A DNA stretch of 64,000 bases from Mytilus edulis (GCF_963676685.1 NC_092346.1:98580001-98644000), one strand, 5' to 3'. Shown: positions 1 to 16,000, counted from the stretch's first letter. Notes: a model not told the origin generated them from the sequence alone. Numbers and translations: made by a program.

Positions 1-229
1 CATTCCACATCTGAATTTTATTTAAAGAAATCGTGTTCTTTTGATCTTTTGGTCCTCGATGCTGTTCGACTTTGTGCTTGTTTCGGCTTTCAAACTTTTG
101 TATCTTGGCGTCACTAGTAGATCTTGTGTGCACTTCTGGCGTATTAAAATTTTCAACTTGTTGCCTTTTGTTGGCTTTTGTTCGTGTGTTTATTTGTCAA
201 TTGTTTTCTCCAATTTATTTATATAGTAG

Positions 230-697
230 TCCTGTGGTGTTGAGTTGTTATTTTAATGTTATATTTCACATGGCTATAAAAAAGGGAGGTTTGGCATGCC
301 ACAAAACCAGGTTTAGCCCACCATGTTTTCCTTTAAAAACGTCCTGTACCAAGTCAGGTACCATGACCATTGTTAAGTTATAGTTCGTTTCTGTGTGTGT
401 TAGAGTTTAACGTTGCGTCGTTTGTTTTCTCTTATTTTTGACTGTAAATTAACAATGCGATAAGACGTGTCACGGTACTTGTCTATCCCAAATTCATGTA
501 TTTGGTTTTCATGTTATATTTGTTATTCTCGTGGGATTTTGTCTGATGCTTGGTCCGTTTCTGTGTGTGTTACATTGTAGTGTTGTTCTCCTCTTATATT
601 TAATGCGTTTCCCTCAGTTTTAGTTTGTTACCCCGATTTTGTTTTTTGTCCATGGATTTATGAGTTTGAACAGCGGTATACTACTGTTGCCTTTTTT
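230..697 (+). repeat. Interspersed repeat
   Basis: The 3' part (~593-695) is nearly identical to ~39655-39753 and similar to ~3080-3175(-). Confidence 0.7.
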
Positions 698-3600
698 TAC
701 GTTCTTTTATCGATCACTGTCTCCAATTATAATAATATTTAAAAAAGTATTAACAAAACAAACACACTTCAAAATAATTCAAACAGGGAAAGTATACAAA
801 AAACTGGCAAATGAAACGTTAAACTCCATTAAACAGACGGAACCCATGAAATCAACTGTCAAATTCCTTTGCATGGGCTTTTCAAAAGAAAAGGTTCACC
901 CTAGTTTTATAGCTGAAACTCCCACTTATATGATAACTCTTTATAGTTCCGTTATATGGAAAACAATAGATGAGCAACTCAAACAGACATAAAATGTTAC
1001 TCCGACATTTATAAGGATGCATCAGCCTAAACAGTTTAAACATATTATGAAAAAATTGTCAAACATACAAACCTAATAATGACGCTAACAAAACATGTTG
1101 TAGTTGATAGAAAGGTTGACAAAGATTCTATCAGAAACGATTTTTTTTATTGGTTTGTTGAACAAAAAAAGAAAGGTTTTATGGTTGATAGTTCATTTAG
1201 TGTGTATTATACATTTTCATGAAAAAGTACAAATTAAGTAAAATATAAATAGAATGATAAACAAAATGATAACAATACTGTACAAAACATTATCGCACAT
1301 CTTGGCCAACCCTCACCAGAAAGGCAAAAACAACCAGATAGCTGGATGCATAAATACCAAGTTACGCCAAGTGGCATACAACAAAAAGGAAAATAATAGC
1401 ACAGATACAAATAAAGGTAAAACTGTAAAGTAGATAAAAAGATACACAAAGTCAGTAAAAGAGTTGCGAACGATACCAGAGGGATATTCAAACTCATATA
1501 AAAAATGGACAACGCTCCTGTTAAAAATGAAAATGACCAACAGACAAAAATAGTTAACAAAACACAATGTAGAAAACACAATATTGAACAACACAAACAC
1601 CACCTAAACGGGGTGACTCAGGGTCCGGATGGGTACGGAGATGCTGATTCAAATGCGTCACTCGTCGTGTTGCTCATGTTAGTACAAACTCAGTGATAAT
1701 TTCAAATTGGTAGGACTTAGTCGGGAAAGTAGGATGGGTTTGTAATAACGAAATTTGGAACATATCCACTATCATCTGTTTAGCCGGTTATAACTAAAAA
1801 GTGATGGCGTTCGTGAAACTTACGAAGGGATGATTTGGACTTATTATTTGAGACTCATAGTTTCATAGCTTCCTTGTGAGCAGTAATTTGGAATGATAGG
1901 ATGGATGATTTCAACATTGTCATCAAATTTTAAATTTTTCGTGACTAGTAACTAAAATGTATAACTCAAAAACAACTTGGTTTTTATGTGAAGTAGTTAT
2001 AGAATAGTTATCCTTTTTTCAAAATTATGTTTAAAAGACGAAACGTTCCGTTATTTTTGGCTCGGACTACGATAACTTTTTATAAATTTTTAGTAGCAGC
2101 TGCAAGCTCTTGATTAAAGATTTATTTGATAGGGGTGTATTCTATTATATGCGGGAGGTTTGATATATTGTCGCTAAGGTAATGCTAATTTATATTTTCA
2201 TAATTAAAATCGTATCGTTTGTCGTATGCTCTGCGACTGAGATGACAATTGTAGTCAAATTTTAGGTTTGGGTTTTGAAATGAGGCGGAGGAAGCAGTAT
2301 CTGTAGTTTCTTTACTCACTACTGTTGATTTGCTTTTTTGGTATGTCGAAACGGTTGCATCTTATTTTTTACTTTTCATGTTAATCCTTCGTAATGTTAT
2401 AATGTTTGTAAGGGATGTTCTAACTTATTTCTATGATAAAGGCATTGATTGTAGTTTAGAGGTTCATATAACAGGATATACCAAGCATGTTTATGACAAA
2501 ACAAAATATAAATTACAATTTTTGTCCTAAACAGGATTTTCTAAACATGCTCTGTGTTAAAATAAAATGTAAACATCAATGCCGAACTGTGTTACATAAT
2601 TACACCTTATGTAAGAATCCGGGGTTTTGATTGGTTAATAGCCAGTGTATTTTTCACCAATTTACTGTTATCAAATGAATATCGTTCATTTTTAACGCCG
2701 CCGGGGTATTTGTTAAAAGGATATGCCTTTTTTACCCTCTCTGCCGTGGTATTTGCCAAAAAATACTCTATCCGACTGGACGCTTGTAACGTCACGATCA
2801 TCAATGCGTTTTAGTACATTAACATTCGGTGTAATTAAACAGATATATCATGTTATTGAGGGGTATTTGCGAAAAATACCAGTCTTGAGAATGAATTTCC
2901 CTCGCCTTACGGCTCGTGAAATTTAACATTCTCTCGACTGGTATTTTTCGCAAATACCCCTCCTTAACATGATATATCTGTTCAATATACTAGTGCAGTA
3001 ATACAGCAATATATATGAAAATTAATATAACTCACTGCGCTTGTAATGAATATAAACAAGTTTGTACACGTACGACAGAAATAAAGGCAACAGTAGTATA
3101 CCGCAGTTCAAAAGTCACTTATCGATTGAGAGAAAACAAATCCGGGTTACAAACTTAAACCGAGGAAAACACATCAGTATAATAAGAAAACAACAAAACA
3201 ACAGAACACTGAAATAATATAATAATAAGCCATTGGTGAAGTGCAAAATTTATGACGTAATGACTACGAGGCCATAAAATTGAAATGGCATAATGCAGTA
3301 TTTTGAATGATTTAGGGCCATCTGTGAAGATAAAATAAAATAATTTATAACAATGAATTTGTCAGGAAAACTGGAAATAGCTATCCATTTGTTTAGAACA
3401 CTTAGTCAAGAAACACTGAATCATCGTTTTTCAAATGGAATAATTATATCATATTTCAAAATTACGCCCAATAAACGCTACGACGACTACAAAATTGAAT
3501 TGCTGGTTTGTTTTTTAAGTGTTTAGGCTTGTCAATCTTAATGTGTCGAGCGTTCGGGATAACGGTTTAATCCAGACACAATGAACCATGCATACTTATA

Positions 3601-4671
3601 TTTTCATACATTTATTCGTTAACAACGCAAATGAAAGATTATCTAAGATTTTGTTAACTTTCAATTTTCATCTTACTTTTTCATTGTAATATCACATGTC
3701 AAATAGGTGAACAATTTGAGAAATGTAATTAAATTTCTATCTTGTATACTTGTTAGTTTTAATGACACCAAGACACTTTTACATGTTTTACTGGTATCGT
3801 CATTTCAATTTATAGTTTTCTGCGTAAAATTAGCAAAAAACAAGTCCATAAAAGGAAGGAACCAAATAATTTTCTGTAATGATTTTGGATTTAATAATGA
3901 GGTGCAGAAGATAAACATTGATTTTTAATCAGACCACAACTTCTAATGTCATTAAAATACAATATAAACATTTTCATGCCTTTTTTTCTTCTGAAATGAA
4001 ATTCAAAACCATAAAATGATACAGATAATCTTGATAACCAAATCATTATTTTACTTTTTATCTATGGATAAAAAAAAATGCTACCAATATTAAAGAATTA
4101 ATAAAATTAGGTCGAAATGAAGTCTCCCTATCATTGAACTATCGTAAAAAGTTGTAGTGGTTTTCCATAGTTATAAGAAATTAAGAGTTGACTGTACAAA
4201 GGTTAAGCTAACCTTGTACTCAATAGACAGTCAATTCGTTTTGAAAACGTACACGGTGCTATATAACGTTAACATTATATTCAATGTTGTCTTTCTGTTC
4301 AAATATATAAATTAACAAGAAATCAAATTGTAGAGTTAAGATCAGATCATGAACAGGAATTAACATGTTAACAATTATAGATATGTTCATTTCCTGTAAA
4401 TTTACTATATATGTTATGTTGTATTGTTCGAAACATTATGCCTCATTTAACCTTCAGATATTGATTGCCTTAGCACGATTTTTTGGCACAATGTTTCAAC
4501 ATTTCTGATGCAGCTTCTTATTTGATTTTTCTTGCCGACTGCAGGGTCAATTGTAAACGAAAGCGTGTCTGTCGTACGTAATTAACAGGCTGGTACCTTT
4601 TATGAGTTTCTGAATTGTTGTCTCATTGAAATTTCATTTCGGTGAAATTATAAAATATGTTGACTGTTATA

Positions 4672-5300
4672 TAAAATTGAGAAAGGAAATGGGGAATGTG
4701 TCAAAGCGACAACAACCCGACCATAGAGCAGACAACAGCCGAAGGTAACTAATGGGTCTTCAATGTAGCGAGAATTCCCGCACCCGTAGGTGTACTTCAG
4801 CTGGCCCCTAAAAATATGTATATTAGTACAGTGATAATGGACGTCATACTAAACTCCGAATTATACACAAGAAACTAAAATTAAAAAATCATACAAGACT
4901 AACAAAGGCCAGAGGCTCCTGACTTGGGATAGGCGCAAAATTGCGGCGGGGTTAAACATGTTTATGAGATCTCAACCCTCCCCCTATACCTCTAGCCAAT
5001 GTAGAAAAGTAAACGCATAACAATACGCACATTAAAATTCAGTTTAAGAGAAGTCCGAGTCCGATGTCAAAAGATGTAACAAAAAAAACCAAATAAAATG
5101 ACAATAATACATAAATAACAACAGACTACTAGCAGTTAACTGACATGCCAGCTCCAGACCTCAATTAAACTGATTGAAAGATTATGTCTTTATCATATGA
5201 ACATCAGGCACAATAGTTTAGTATCATACTATCATAAAATATATGAGAAGAACATAACCCGTGTTATGCCAATAACTGGTTTTTTTTTTAAATAAATGTG
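4672..5300 (-). repeat. Copy of the 3' region of the 39995-41098 element
   Basis: Near-colinear reverse complement of ~40460-41098. Confidence 0.85.
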
Positions 5301-6824
5301 TTTTAATATCCTTATTTTGACATTTTACCTAGTATGTCTGTTCGTTTTGTTCACACATTGTTGTAAATATTTTAGTTTTATTTGACAGTATTATAAGTGA
5401 GAGTTTAATCCGAAAATGTCTACACAAGACACTGCCTGTACCAAGTCAGGAATATGACAGTTGTTATATTTGTTGATGTGTTTGAACTTTTGATTTTGCA
5501 ATTTGATTAGGGACTTTGCGTTATGAATTTTCATCGGAGTTCGTTATTTTGTGAGTCTACTTTTTTTTTGTGTTATTGTGTTCACTGCTTGCGGTTTCAT
5601 TGGCGTGTCAATTCTAGAGGTTTTGTGTTTTAAAAATTACCATCTTATTCACATGTCATTTCTGATGTTATTGTGTTTAAAGATCATTATCTCATTAACG
5701 TGTCATTTCTGGTGTTATTGTGTTTATTGGTCGCTGTCACATTTTACGTGATACCGCTTGTGTTATTGTATTAATGTATTACCAGCTCATTGATGTGTCA
5801 ATTCTAGTGTCATTGTGCTTAACGATTGCTGTGTCATTGGCGTGACATTTTAGTGCTACTGTGCATTTATGTGCTTTTGTTTGTGCTATTGTGTTTCGTG
5901 ATTTCTGTTTTAATGTCGTTAAATTCATAATCTATTATACAGAAAAGTGAATTGAACATACTTCATCTTGAACAAATTTTTATTTATTATAAACAGTCAT
6001 ACAGTACATACAATAGTGAATGCAATAGTTGAACATAATCCTGTTTTACCAATGGAGTGATTAAATTAACCGAAGGATTGGTAAATAACAGGTTATTGTG
6101 AGGCAAATACGAGAAAAGCACTATATTCCTGTTATACACTGATGCGACAAATGAAATCAAAAGAATATTTGAACTTTTGCGTAAAATACAAGAAGCATTT
6201 CTGCAAGCTTACATGTTCAACCATTTATTTGTCTTATAAACCATGGAGGATAAAATGTATGAAATTATACTTTTAATTGTATTTATGTGTTTATTTGTCA
6301 AATATCTACTAATTACCAATATTATATTATAAACATCGTATATACAAATAAAGTTATGTCCTCTTAAATAAAGCACCTTTGTTTATCTTAAATCTTATGA
6401 AACTATGAATAGCGCTAAACCAAATTCAAGGAAAATCATTACATTTCTTTGAAAAGTTAAAAGATATATGTTATGATATAATATTGAGAAATATTCATAT
6501 CTCATTTGAGCATTTGTTCATAAGATGTAAATAAATATACGTTCGTAAACCATTCTTATGGCGACCAATTCAAATTATGAATATTGTTGAATTGTCTTTC
6601 GTCTTTCAATACATCATCACAGATTAGAATGCTTTTTAACACAATATGTAAATATGTATATAAAAACTAATAGTGTAAGTTCATTCAAGGTAAACTCAGT
6701 AGTGCCTGAGATAAATATTAAGGTTCGCTCTCATATTTTTAAAAGCCTATCCCACATTACACTACATTAATTTAACTAAATGTCAAGTTTGACACCTAGA
6801 CCCATCCTAATTTGTTTTGATCTG

Positions 6825-7084
6825 TTATCTCCTGGCAGGTGAAGGAGCAATGATTTCCGTTGAATTTGTCACCTCTCCCACACACGCCCTATCAGCGTGA
6901 CTGTAGGTACCGATGGTACAGGAAACAATGGCAACAGTTCTTTCTCTGTAGCACACAATGTAAAATTCTGTGTTTTCACGTCCTGGAAATTCATTGCTGC
7001 CATCAACTTTACCAACGCAGCTAGGAAATCGTGTCTCACACGGTTCACATGTGGAATTGAAGCATTGGTTCTCAACATATTCAC
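6825..7084 (-). CDS. Exon 23 (B11, terminal); true frame differs from the ORF track call
   Basis: ttttag|GT EYVENQCFNSTCEPCETRFPSCVGKVDGSNEFPGRENTEFYIVCYRERTVAIVSCTIGTYSHADRACVGEVTNSTEIIAPSPARR*. Confidence 0.88.
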
Positions 7085-10000
7085 CTAAAAAAGATGTATT
7101 TTATGATGTACTGTATTTATTGTAACGAGCGTGTCATACACGTGTGTTTACACTTCATGACATAGTTTTTATTAGTTTATTGTTTTTTAAGTAAGTTTAT
7201 GATTTGTTTACGGGGTTAACTCTGTGTGACAAAGAAAATAGAACCAATTTAAATGCTTTCATTGCCTCTGAAAGAAGGTATTATCTGTGAGTGTGCAAAG
7301 AAAACAATATATTTAAGGTTCGTCATTAATGTTATAACTTGTATATACGTCTAACATATTACGTGTATCTTTAATCATTAATGTTATAACTTGTATATAC
7401 GTCTAACACATTACGTGTATCTTTAATCATTAATGTTATAACTTGTATATACGTCTAACACATTACGTGTATCTTTAATCATTAATGTTATAACTTGTAT
7501 ATACGTCTAACATATTACGTGTATCTTTAATCATTACTGTTATAACTTGTATATACGTCTAACATATTATGTGTATCTTTAATCATTAATGTTATAACTT
7601 GTATAAACGTCTAACATATTACGTGTATCTTTAAGTCATGTAATAGACAATGTTTATAATTTGGCTACCATGGTTGACCTTTTGTCTTAATGATTGAATG
7701 CAAAACACATATATACGATCATTGATTTATTTTCATTTAAATAAGTTAGGATCATAAAAACGTTCTTTCATTATAATACATATATGCATTATGTACAATT
7801 GTATGTGTTGGTCTTGTTGATTGAATAAGATTTTACGTTAAGCCCTTACGTCAAATATCTTAATTTCCTTCTCGTATTTAACACATATGTTGTCTCCGGG
7901 AAACGTAATCGCCTCGAGTGCAAGTTGGCGAAACTTTGATTAACGGGTTAAACCATGAAATTGGAAATACGCATCATATATTTCTCCGCTAAGGATATGC
8001 TACATGTATTTAGGAGTATGAGTAATGACTGTCGACTCGGATACAACATAATCTTGCTTAACACAACTGAGGTATTGTTTGTTGTAAGTAGGTTTTTCTT
8101 CTATGTGTTAAAACATTTCACTGTATATAATAGGAACAATTAAGTATTTATCAATTCATAGATTTGTTGAGCGGGCTTTTTTATGTTTCTTCGGCCTATA
8201 TTCTTATAAAAGTAGTTTAAACCATGCTCAAAAGAGTGAACTTACATGGTGTTTTCGGTACATATCTGTTCTTTTGACATCTGACCATGGTAAACAGCTG
8301 ACACCCGACACCTGCTGATTGGAATAGTCTTGGATATTTACATTCCTGTCTGTAGGGTTCATCTAAACCTTGTGCTAAAGATGGGTCACTACAGTTATAG
8401 TATCGGGCACAGTTTGCTGGATCTGGTATAACCATCCTTGGATTGTCCTGGCAGAACTTTGTTAAAACTCCTGATATCATGTAAAAACAATTATTACGTA
8501 CTGATATATTAATCAAAGATAATTGCCAACATGTTAGATAATGTCATTTGTAATAACTTTCTATGCAATGACTTTTTGAGGATTATGATTTAATATTTGT
8601 TTAACCAATGTGCATGCTTTACCACTAAACTTGGTCCTCTGTGTTCGTTTTGTTTTAAATTATTACGAATACAAAAGGTATTTTTGTCAAAAAATGTTAT
8701 TGCTGATCAAAAACTGTAGCCGCTAATCACCTGTCGGCTTTTAGTTCCAAAGTGTGACGATTTTCATTCTTTAAATTTATTTACCACTTTTTTGTCTGTT
8801 ATGTCCCTTCCTTTATACTTTGTTGTCGCGATTGACGAATATCTATGGGGTGTCTGTGGTAATGGTTATTGCATGAGGTTAACATATAGGTAAATGTGAC
8901 GACGGGAAGACAATAATTTAACAGCAGTGCATGTCTTAGAATACTAGAATGAAAAATTTGCTTTTCAAAAACATGTTTTACAGTGCTATAAAACATATTC
9001 ACGAAACATCAAATGACTGATATATAAGGTAACGTATTATATGTTTTCCATCGTATGAAAAAAAAATTGTATATCTTTTACTTTAAAAATAGTTTAATGA
9101 AAAACTATAGACATAAACAATCAAAAGTAGAAAAAAGAACTCATTCAAGGTTTATAATTCAATACGCAGGACACGTGTTGAGACTAAACAAGACTCCAAC
9201 AGAAACCCATCTATTGATGTAAAGATGTAACAGATGTTAAAACTAAATACGCTTGTTTAAGATTCATTGCGAAAAACTATGCATAACAATGATAATAATA
9301 TTGTGATTTCAAATACGAATCTGGTTTCGCTTTCTATGCATAATAATGATACTAATAAATGATACTAATAAAGTTCTTTTAAAAACAAATCTAATTTCGC
9401 TTTCAATGAATCTCTAAACAATTATCATCAAAATCATGTCGGTCACTCACCGTATATTATACGAATATCAAATATTCCTATATCTAAAATTGAGAATGGA
9501 AATGGGGAATGTGCCAAAGAGACAATAACCCGACCACAGAAAAAAACAACAGCAGAAGGTCACCAACAGGTCTTCAATGTAGCGAGAAATTCCCGCACCC
9601 GGAGGCGTCCTTCAACTGGCCCCTAAATATCTAATTTCTTTTCGACAAATGTATGACGAAATAATATGATTTTCGAAGTTTAAAATGTATTGGCATTTCC
9701 CTGAAACATATGCCACAAGGTTGGAGTTTGTGCTCTTATAACCAGTACACAATTTCAAATTAAAAATATGTGATTAAAATATTAAGCTCCACAAAAGAAG
9801 TTTGTAAAATTTTTCAAATACGCAGCTTGAAAACCGAGAAATTCAGACAGAAAGTTAAAGTTAAATTCTATTGCGAGTAACATATTCTTTGTAAAGAACA
9901 CAAGACCAAAAGCAAATACGGAATTCGTCCATAAAAAGCATTAATATTTTCTCGCAGGTTTATACCTCTTTTCCTGTCCTGATATCTTCTATTTTTTTCG

Positions 10001-13000
10001 CCATTTGTGCACACATTATTGGTTATATTAAAATTCTACACTATACGCTAATATATTAACAACTAACCAGAATTTATTTTGGATGAGCACCTTCGCCTCA
10101 CTGGATCATACAGAGATACTTGACAAGCTTCAACTGACACTGTTCTGTTACTGAAGCAATTTATGTAATACTCGGATACAGGTCGTCCTGGGTAGGCATT
10201 ATTTCCGTCATTTAGACTTTTACAAGTCGGCAATCTGTCTTCACATGGAACACAGTTGGTTACATTGGGTGGACAATGGTTTTGTAGATAGTCACCTGAC
10301 GTAATCAATATCATATATGGTAAAACAATATTTACTTAGTCAATATTTCCAAAAAAATAATTCAAAATTCATCTTAACGTTAAAATAATATATATAGGGC
10401 TTTAAAATAATTTGAAATTTAGAAATATAAAATTAATTTTCCTTACTTCTAATTAATTTTTCATAGTTGTAATTTTTATACATTTATTTGTAGAACGATG
10501 ATATTTTCTATCAATTCAAACTGGAACAGAAACTTGGTTAAACAAAGTTACATAATGTTTTATACTGCAACATTTATACTACCAATTGCATGGACTGTTT
10601 AAGCTCTACCAACTGTACGAAGCCTAGCTTGTCACGTTGATAAAGATTTTAGTAGAAGTTTATAGATATATGACGCTATAAAAGACGTTATGAAGGAATG
10701 TCTTCAACTTCGTACTTTATTTAGTCATTTTAACTTTTTTGGATTCGAGCGTCACTGATGAGTCTTTTGTAGACGAAACTCTCATCTGGCGTAAATACAA
10801 AATTTAATCCTAGTATCTATGATGAGTTTATTTGCACCTATTTTTTACGTTGGCTTCTTCAAACTCATAATTGTTGATTTATAGGTGCAATATTGAGAGA
10901 TCAATCATACGTTGTTTCAAAACAAACGTTTTATTTGTATCGGCTAAAAACAAGATAGAACAATCTATGGAAAAATAAATTTGGTATTTTGACACAATTT
11001 ATGTAAATTCTATATTTTATAAAGCGAGGAATTAATGTCAGCGACCATCAGTGTTAGTGCCGTTATAGACAGAGGTCTTTCGTTAAAAAAAATTACTGTC
11101 AAACGGATACGTCAATCGGGTTTTTTTTTCAAACAAAGTTTAATGCATAATTTTATTTCATAATATTTCAAATATACTAGTCAAAAACAAATCGTAACTG
11201 CTTTTGATATGAACGAGATATTAACTATCATTCCTATGATTATTGTCTGTACACAATTATCAGTTTATATATTTCATATTTTCCCATACTATCATCAACG
11301 ACTCTTAAATTAACATAATGACAACTTACATGGAGCTTGAGGTTCAATCCGGGGTCCACACGTGACGTCACTAAAGTTCTGACAGGTCATCGATGTAGTG
11401 TCGAACAATTGTGGATATTTACATTCTCTCAAGTAACTGCCGCCAATGGTTGGTCCACAGTCGAAATATTGTGCGCACTGGTATAAGTGGGGTTGTATTG
11501 TACTTGGATTAATTGTACAGTGGCTCTTTATCATATCTACAAACACAATCATTCATCATTTATCTTTGTTTGGACCTATTATTTTGAAATCCTTCATCAT
11601 ATTTACATTTAACCACATTTAAAGTACGGAAAGGCTAGCAGCTGATATATAAGTTGACGAATCAAAGATTAATGTATCATGAGTGGTTCATACATGTTTT
11701 AATTTTGGAAGAACAAAAACACTACATAAGAATCAGTTCATTTTCTATATAGTACATACATTTGTGTTCCTTCTAGAAAAGATGATGTAAAACCTCATGT
11801 AGAAAAAACAGGTACAAATTTTGGAGTTTATGTTTTTATAAGGTCCATTAAATGTTATATCGAGAATATAACGATCTATTGGAAATCCATAAACCATTGA
11901 ATACAAAGCTATTTTCAATGCAACTCCGTTGCAGATTTCTATTTCATATATGAGGAAAGTAAAATGCAAAATATCCAGGTTACAATCAAAGCATGTAAAC
12001 TATCTGTTTAACATATAGCTGATAAAAATTAATGCTAATGCGTATTCCATATAGATCATAGCTATAACTAGAAATTCAGTTTGGTAGTTACTTTTTTCTT
12101 TAAAAATAATAATTTCTGTTTGCCTATCTAAACACTCAACTCATTTCATAGTGCTTTAAAGACATGTATGCCAATGTAGAAGAAGAAAGCAAGTATTAAA
12201 TTTAAAATTGAAATGTGTTAATTATCGGTTGTTACAAATGTTTTCAAACCTTCTGTGATGTCCCTGGTACAAATTCGTGCTCCTGGGTCAAACAGTCCAG
12301 TGAGACATTTTTCAACAGATACAGTTCTACCTCGGTTGCAGACAATAAAATCTGGGCTCATTGTTCTGTTTGGAAATGGATGTAATCCATCTGTCATTCC
12401 TATACAACTGGCGAATCTTTCTCTACATGGGCGACAGTTAGACATAGATGGGTTACATCTATTCTGTAGATAATCACCTGTATCATAAAAAATATGTTTA
12501 ATATCAACACCTAAGTATGGACATTGAAAACCAAATGTTGCTTAATCAAGTTTCAATTGAAATTTTTTATTCCAAGAATGGGTACTACATTTTGTAATAA
12601 ATGCGCCTTGATTTTATTTTGTGCTGTGAAACAACTGTTCGAGGAGCGTTAAGTGCCTATAAACGTGTTAAACCTTTTCACATTCTTTGAGTGCCTGTCC
12701 GAAAGTGATATAAGAGATGATTTCAGCTTTCCAATTATGAACTTTACATTTCAAAGTAGCACCTGCATACGGGGTATGTATCTCACAATTGATACGATAT
12801 TCCCGTACTTGCATTTCCTATCATGATTTTCTTGATAGAGGGTTGCTGCTCACAAAGAAGCTATTAAACCAAGAGTTCCAAATGGTGCAGTCATCCCTTC
12901 GTAAATTTTACGGACGCCATCACAAATATGTTGACTGTTATGGAAAAAATGATATCGGATATGTTCCTTACTTCGTAACAACAATCCCCTTCCCTTTCAT

Positions 13001-16000
13001 GAATGTGACCTACCGAACTAGACTATTTACCTGATTTGTTATCACATAAGCAACACGACGGGTGCCACATGTGGAGCAGGATATGTTTACCCTTCAGGAG
13101 CACCTGAGATCCCCCCTAGTTTTTGGTGGGGTTCGTGTTGCTTATTCTTTAGTTTTCTATTTTGTGTCATGTGTACTATTGTTTGTCTGTTTGTCTTTTT
13201 CATTTTTAGCCATGGCGTTGTCAGTTTATTTTCGATTTATGAGTTTGACTGTCCCTCTGGTATCTTTCGTCCCTCTTTTATTGACATGTTTAAAACTGTA
13301 TAATAACATGGTGGTCAATATTTTGTTTCTAGATACACATTTGCTTACTCTTTTTGGAGAACCTGATATCATCCCAGATTTTTGGTGATGTTCGTGTCGC
13401 CCAGTTTTTAATTTGTCTATGCCTTGTTTTAGATATACGTGCTGGTGTTTGTCTTTTTAACGTATGTGTCATTCAGATATGTGCTACACCTTGTACTTAC
13501 ATGGTGCTGTGTATTTTGTTCTAGATCCACATGTTACTGATGTATAATTCAGATACATGTGTTACAACTTGTATTTACATGGTGCTGTGTAATTTGTTCT
13601 GGATCCACATGGTACTGATGTGTAATTCAGAATTATGATACACCTTGTACTTACATGGTGCTGTGTATTCCGTTCTAGATCCACATGTTACTGATGTATA
13701 ATTCTGACATGTGTTACTTTGGGTATCAAACAACATGGGATATGGACATTCTCTAAGGAAAGTTCTTGCTCGTATGCTGGCTTCACCACAGTCAAAATAC
13801 TGAGCACAATTAACAGGATTAGCTCGTATCACACCTGGATTGGCTATACAGAAAGCTCGTATTGCAGCTGAAAAGAAATAATTCAATGTGAATTTAACGA
13901 CATGAAAACATTTACAAAAACAATTTTAAAATGATTGCATTCTAACAATAGACTGTTTTTTCAAATTGCAGCAGTAAAAGTTGAACACATTTAGACATAA
14001 TTGTGACTTAAAAACTTGTAAAAGTTCAAAATTGTTAACATAATTTCATTTCGCTTAAGGTCTAATGATTACCTGCTCCAATAGAAGTTCTACATTCCCC
14101 GAGTGTTGGTTCAAAGTATCCAGCAGGGCAGGACTCCACACTGACCGTTCTGTTCATAAAGCACACTACATAATCAGCTGTCAGTTCTCTTCCAGTGATA
14201 GTGTTATTTCCATCTAGTTTGCCGATACAAGATGGCAGTCTTTGTTCACAGGGTTCACAGCTTTGACCAGCTACAGGTGAACATTGGTTCCCTTGATATT
14301 GGCCTGAAATTACCATGTGTACGTGTAACCATCATCAAAACAGTATGTGTAATTTATAATTCCAGGATTATGTTTCATAACTCATCAAGTAAAATATCTG
14401 GAGTGTAGAGTTTGCATGGTCCAAGTTTATTGTTAAGATGTTTTAAATAATTACTTTTATAGAAAACATATATAAAACGTTTTCCTGCATTCATCATCAA
14501 CTTTTGTATTTTTCTCTATTTTTTTCTATGATAATCAGTCATATGACTGTTGCTCTTTTTATGAAGAAACATCATTATACTGAAATACAAATTGTATATT
14601 CTAATATTAGGATAGCAAACTTTACACATTAATCTGCGACTAGAAAATTGGTTGTTGAAGTGTGCTTGGTATCCAATTTTATTAAGAGAGTAAAATGATC
14701 AGTACACTTTGCAACGTAAATATCTCCTATGTTCATTACAGGTTAAGTAACAATTAAAACAAACAACTCACATGGACTTTGGGGTAGGAATCTATTGCCA
14801 CATTTGACATTACCAAATACAACACAATTGCCAGTGACGTCATTGAATAGTTGAGGATATTGGCATTCGTATAAATAAGCACCAAATCTTCCTGTGGGCT
14901 TTGAACAATCATAAAACTGGGCACAGTTGTTAGGATTTGCAATCTTCTGTAAGGGATTACTCCTACAGTATAATGCTGGGTTAGCTGAAATGTAACAAAA
15001 TATTTATTTATTGTCTAATTATGAACAAGCATCAAAGTAATACATATGTTATTTGTTTGTTTTATCCGACCTAGATGATAATGTGATTAGTATATAATGG
15101 ATTACTGTGCCGATGAAAATACACAACGGAAAATCCCGAATCAATGGCAATCAAAAAGCTCAAACACATCAAACGAATGGATAACAACTGTCATATTCCT
15201 GACTTGGTACAGGCATTTTCTTTTAAAGAGAAAATAGTGTGCATTTCATGTGATTTTTTCACAATTGCCTATGAATTCAGGTCAAATGTTAAGGATATTC
15301 TAAAATGAACAACTGGGAATGTTAGGTAACACATCTTCTGCAAATTAATGATGATATGACAATTAATAGGGTATATAAACCGAGGATAATATTGTCCAAT
15401 ATCAATCTATGTAGGTCTTCGAAGAAAATAGCCATGAATTGCAATGTACGTAGTTTTTAGAGATTGTAACAGTCTCTAATAAGATTATCATCGTACTGCA
15501 ACAAGGAAACGGTTGGTGTCAGTTCCTTCAGATTTGTAATTGGTATAGCTTTTCAAGTATAAATTGTACAATATAAAATAATTCGTAGCTTGTATGATAC
15601 CAAAGATTGTTTCTGAACAATGATTCGTATTTATACATCAGTTTTGTATATTTGAATTACATTAGTTCTAGAATATTCATAAAAGAACAGACAGAGCAGC
15701 TTTACAAATTTAACTTGGTGGGTATATTTTAATGTATATAGATTATTGAGTAAAAAAAATCGTGTACTTTGTAAATAAAAAAACATTTTGGATCAATCAT
15801 GGTAACGAACCTTTTATAAATTAATATAAAAACTCTTACCCAGTGTACTCGTTACATATATAATACTGTCATCAGTATCCAGGAGAGGATTGAGGTTATG
15901 TTTAATTTTTGGATCTTGGAATTGGAATTTATACCAGTATCTATTGGTGATAAAACATACTTGTTCTAAAGTCTTACCTGGATCTAGTTTAGTCATACAA

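Noticed and set aside
41-5751. Short ORFs in the first 6 kb
   Set aside because: Low-complexity or repeat-derived, with no recognisable domains or consistent splice pattern.
13062-13388. 108-aa hydrophobic ORF
   Set aside because: Lies in the non-coding 3' tail of a repeated retroelement.
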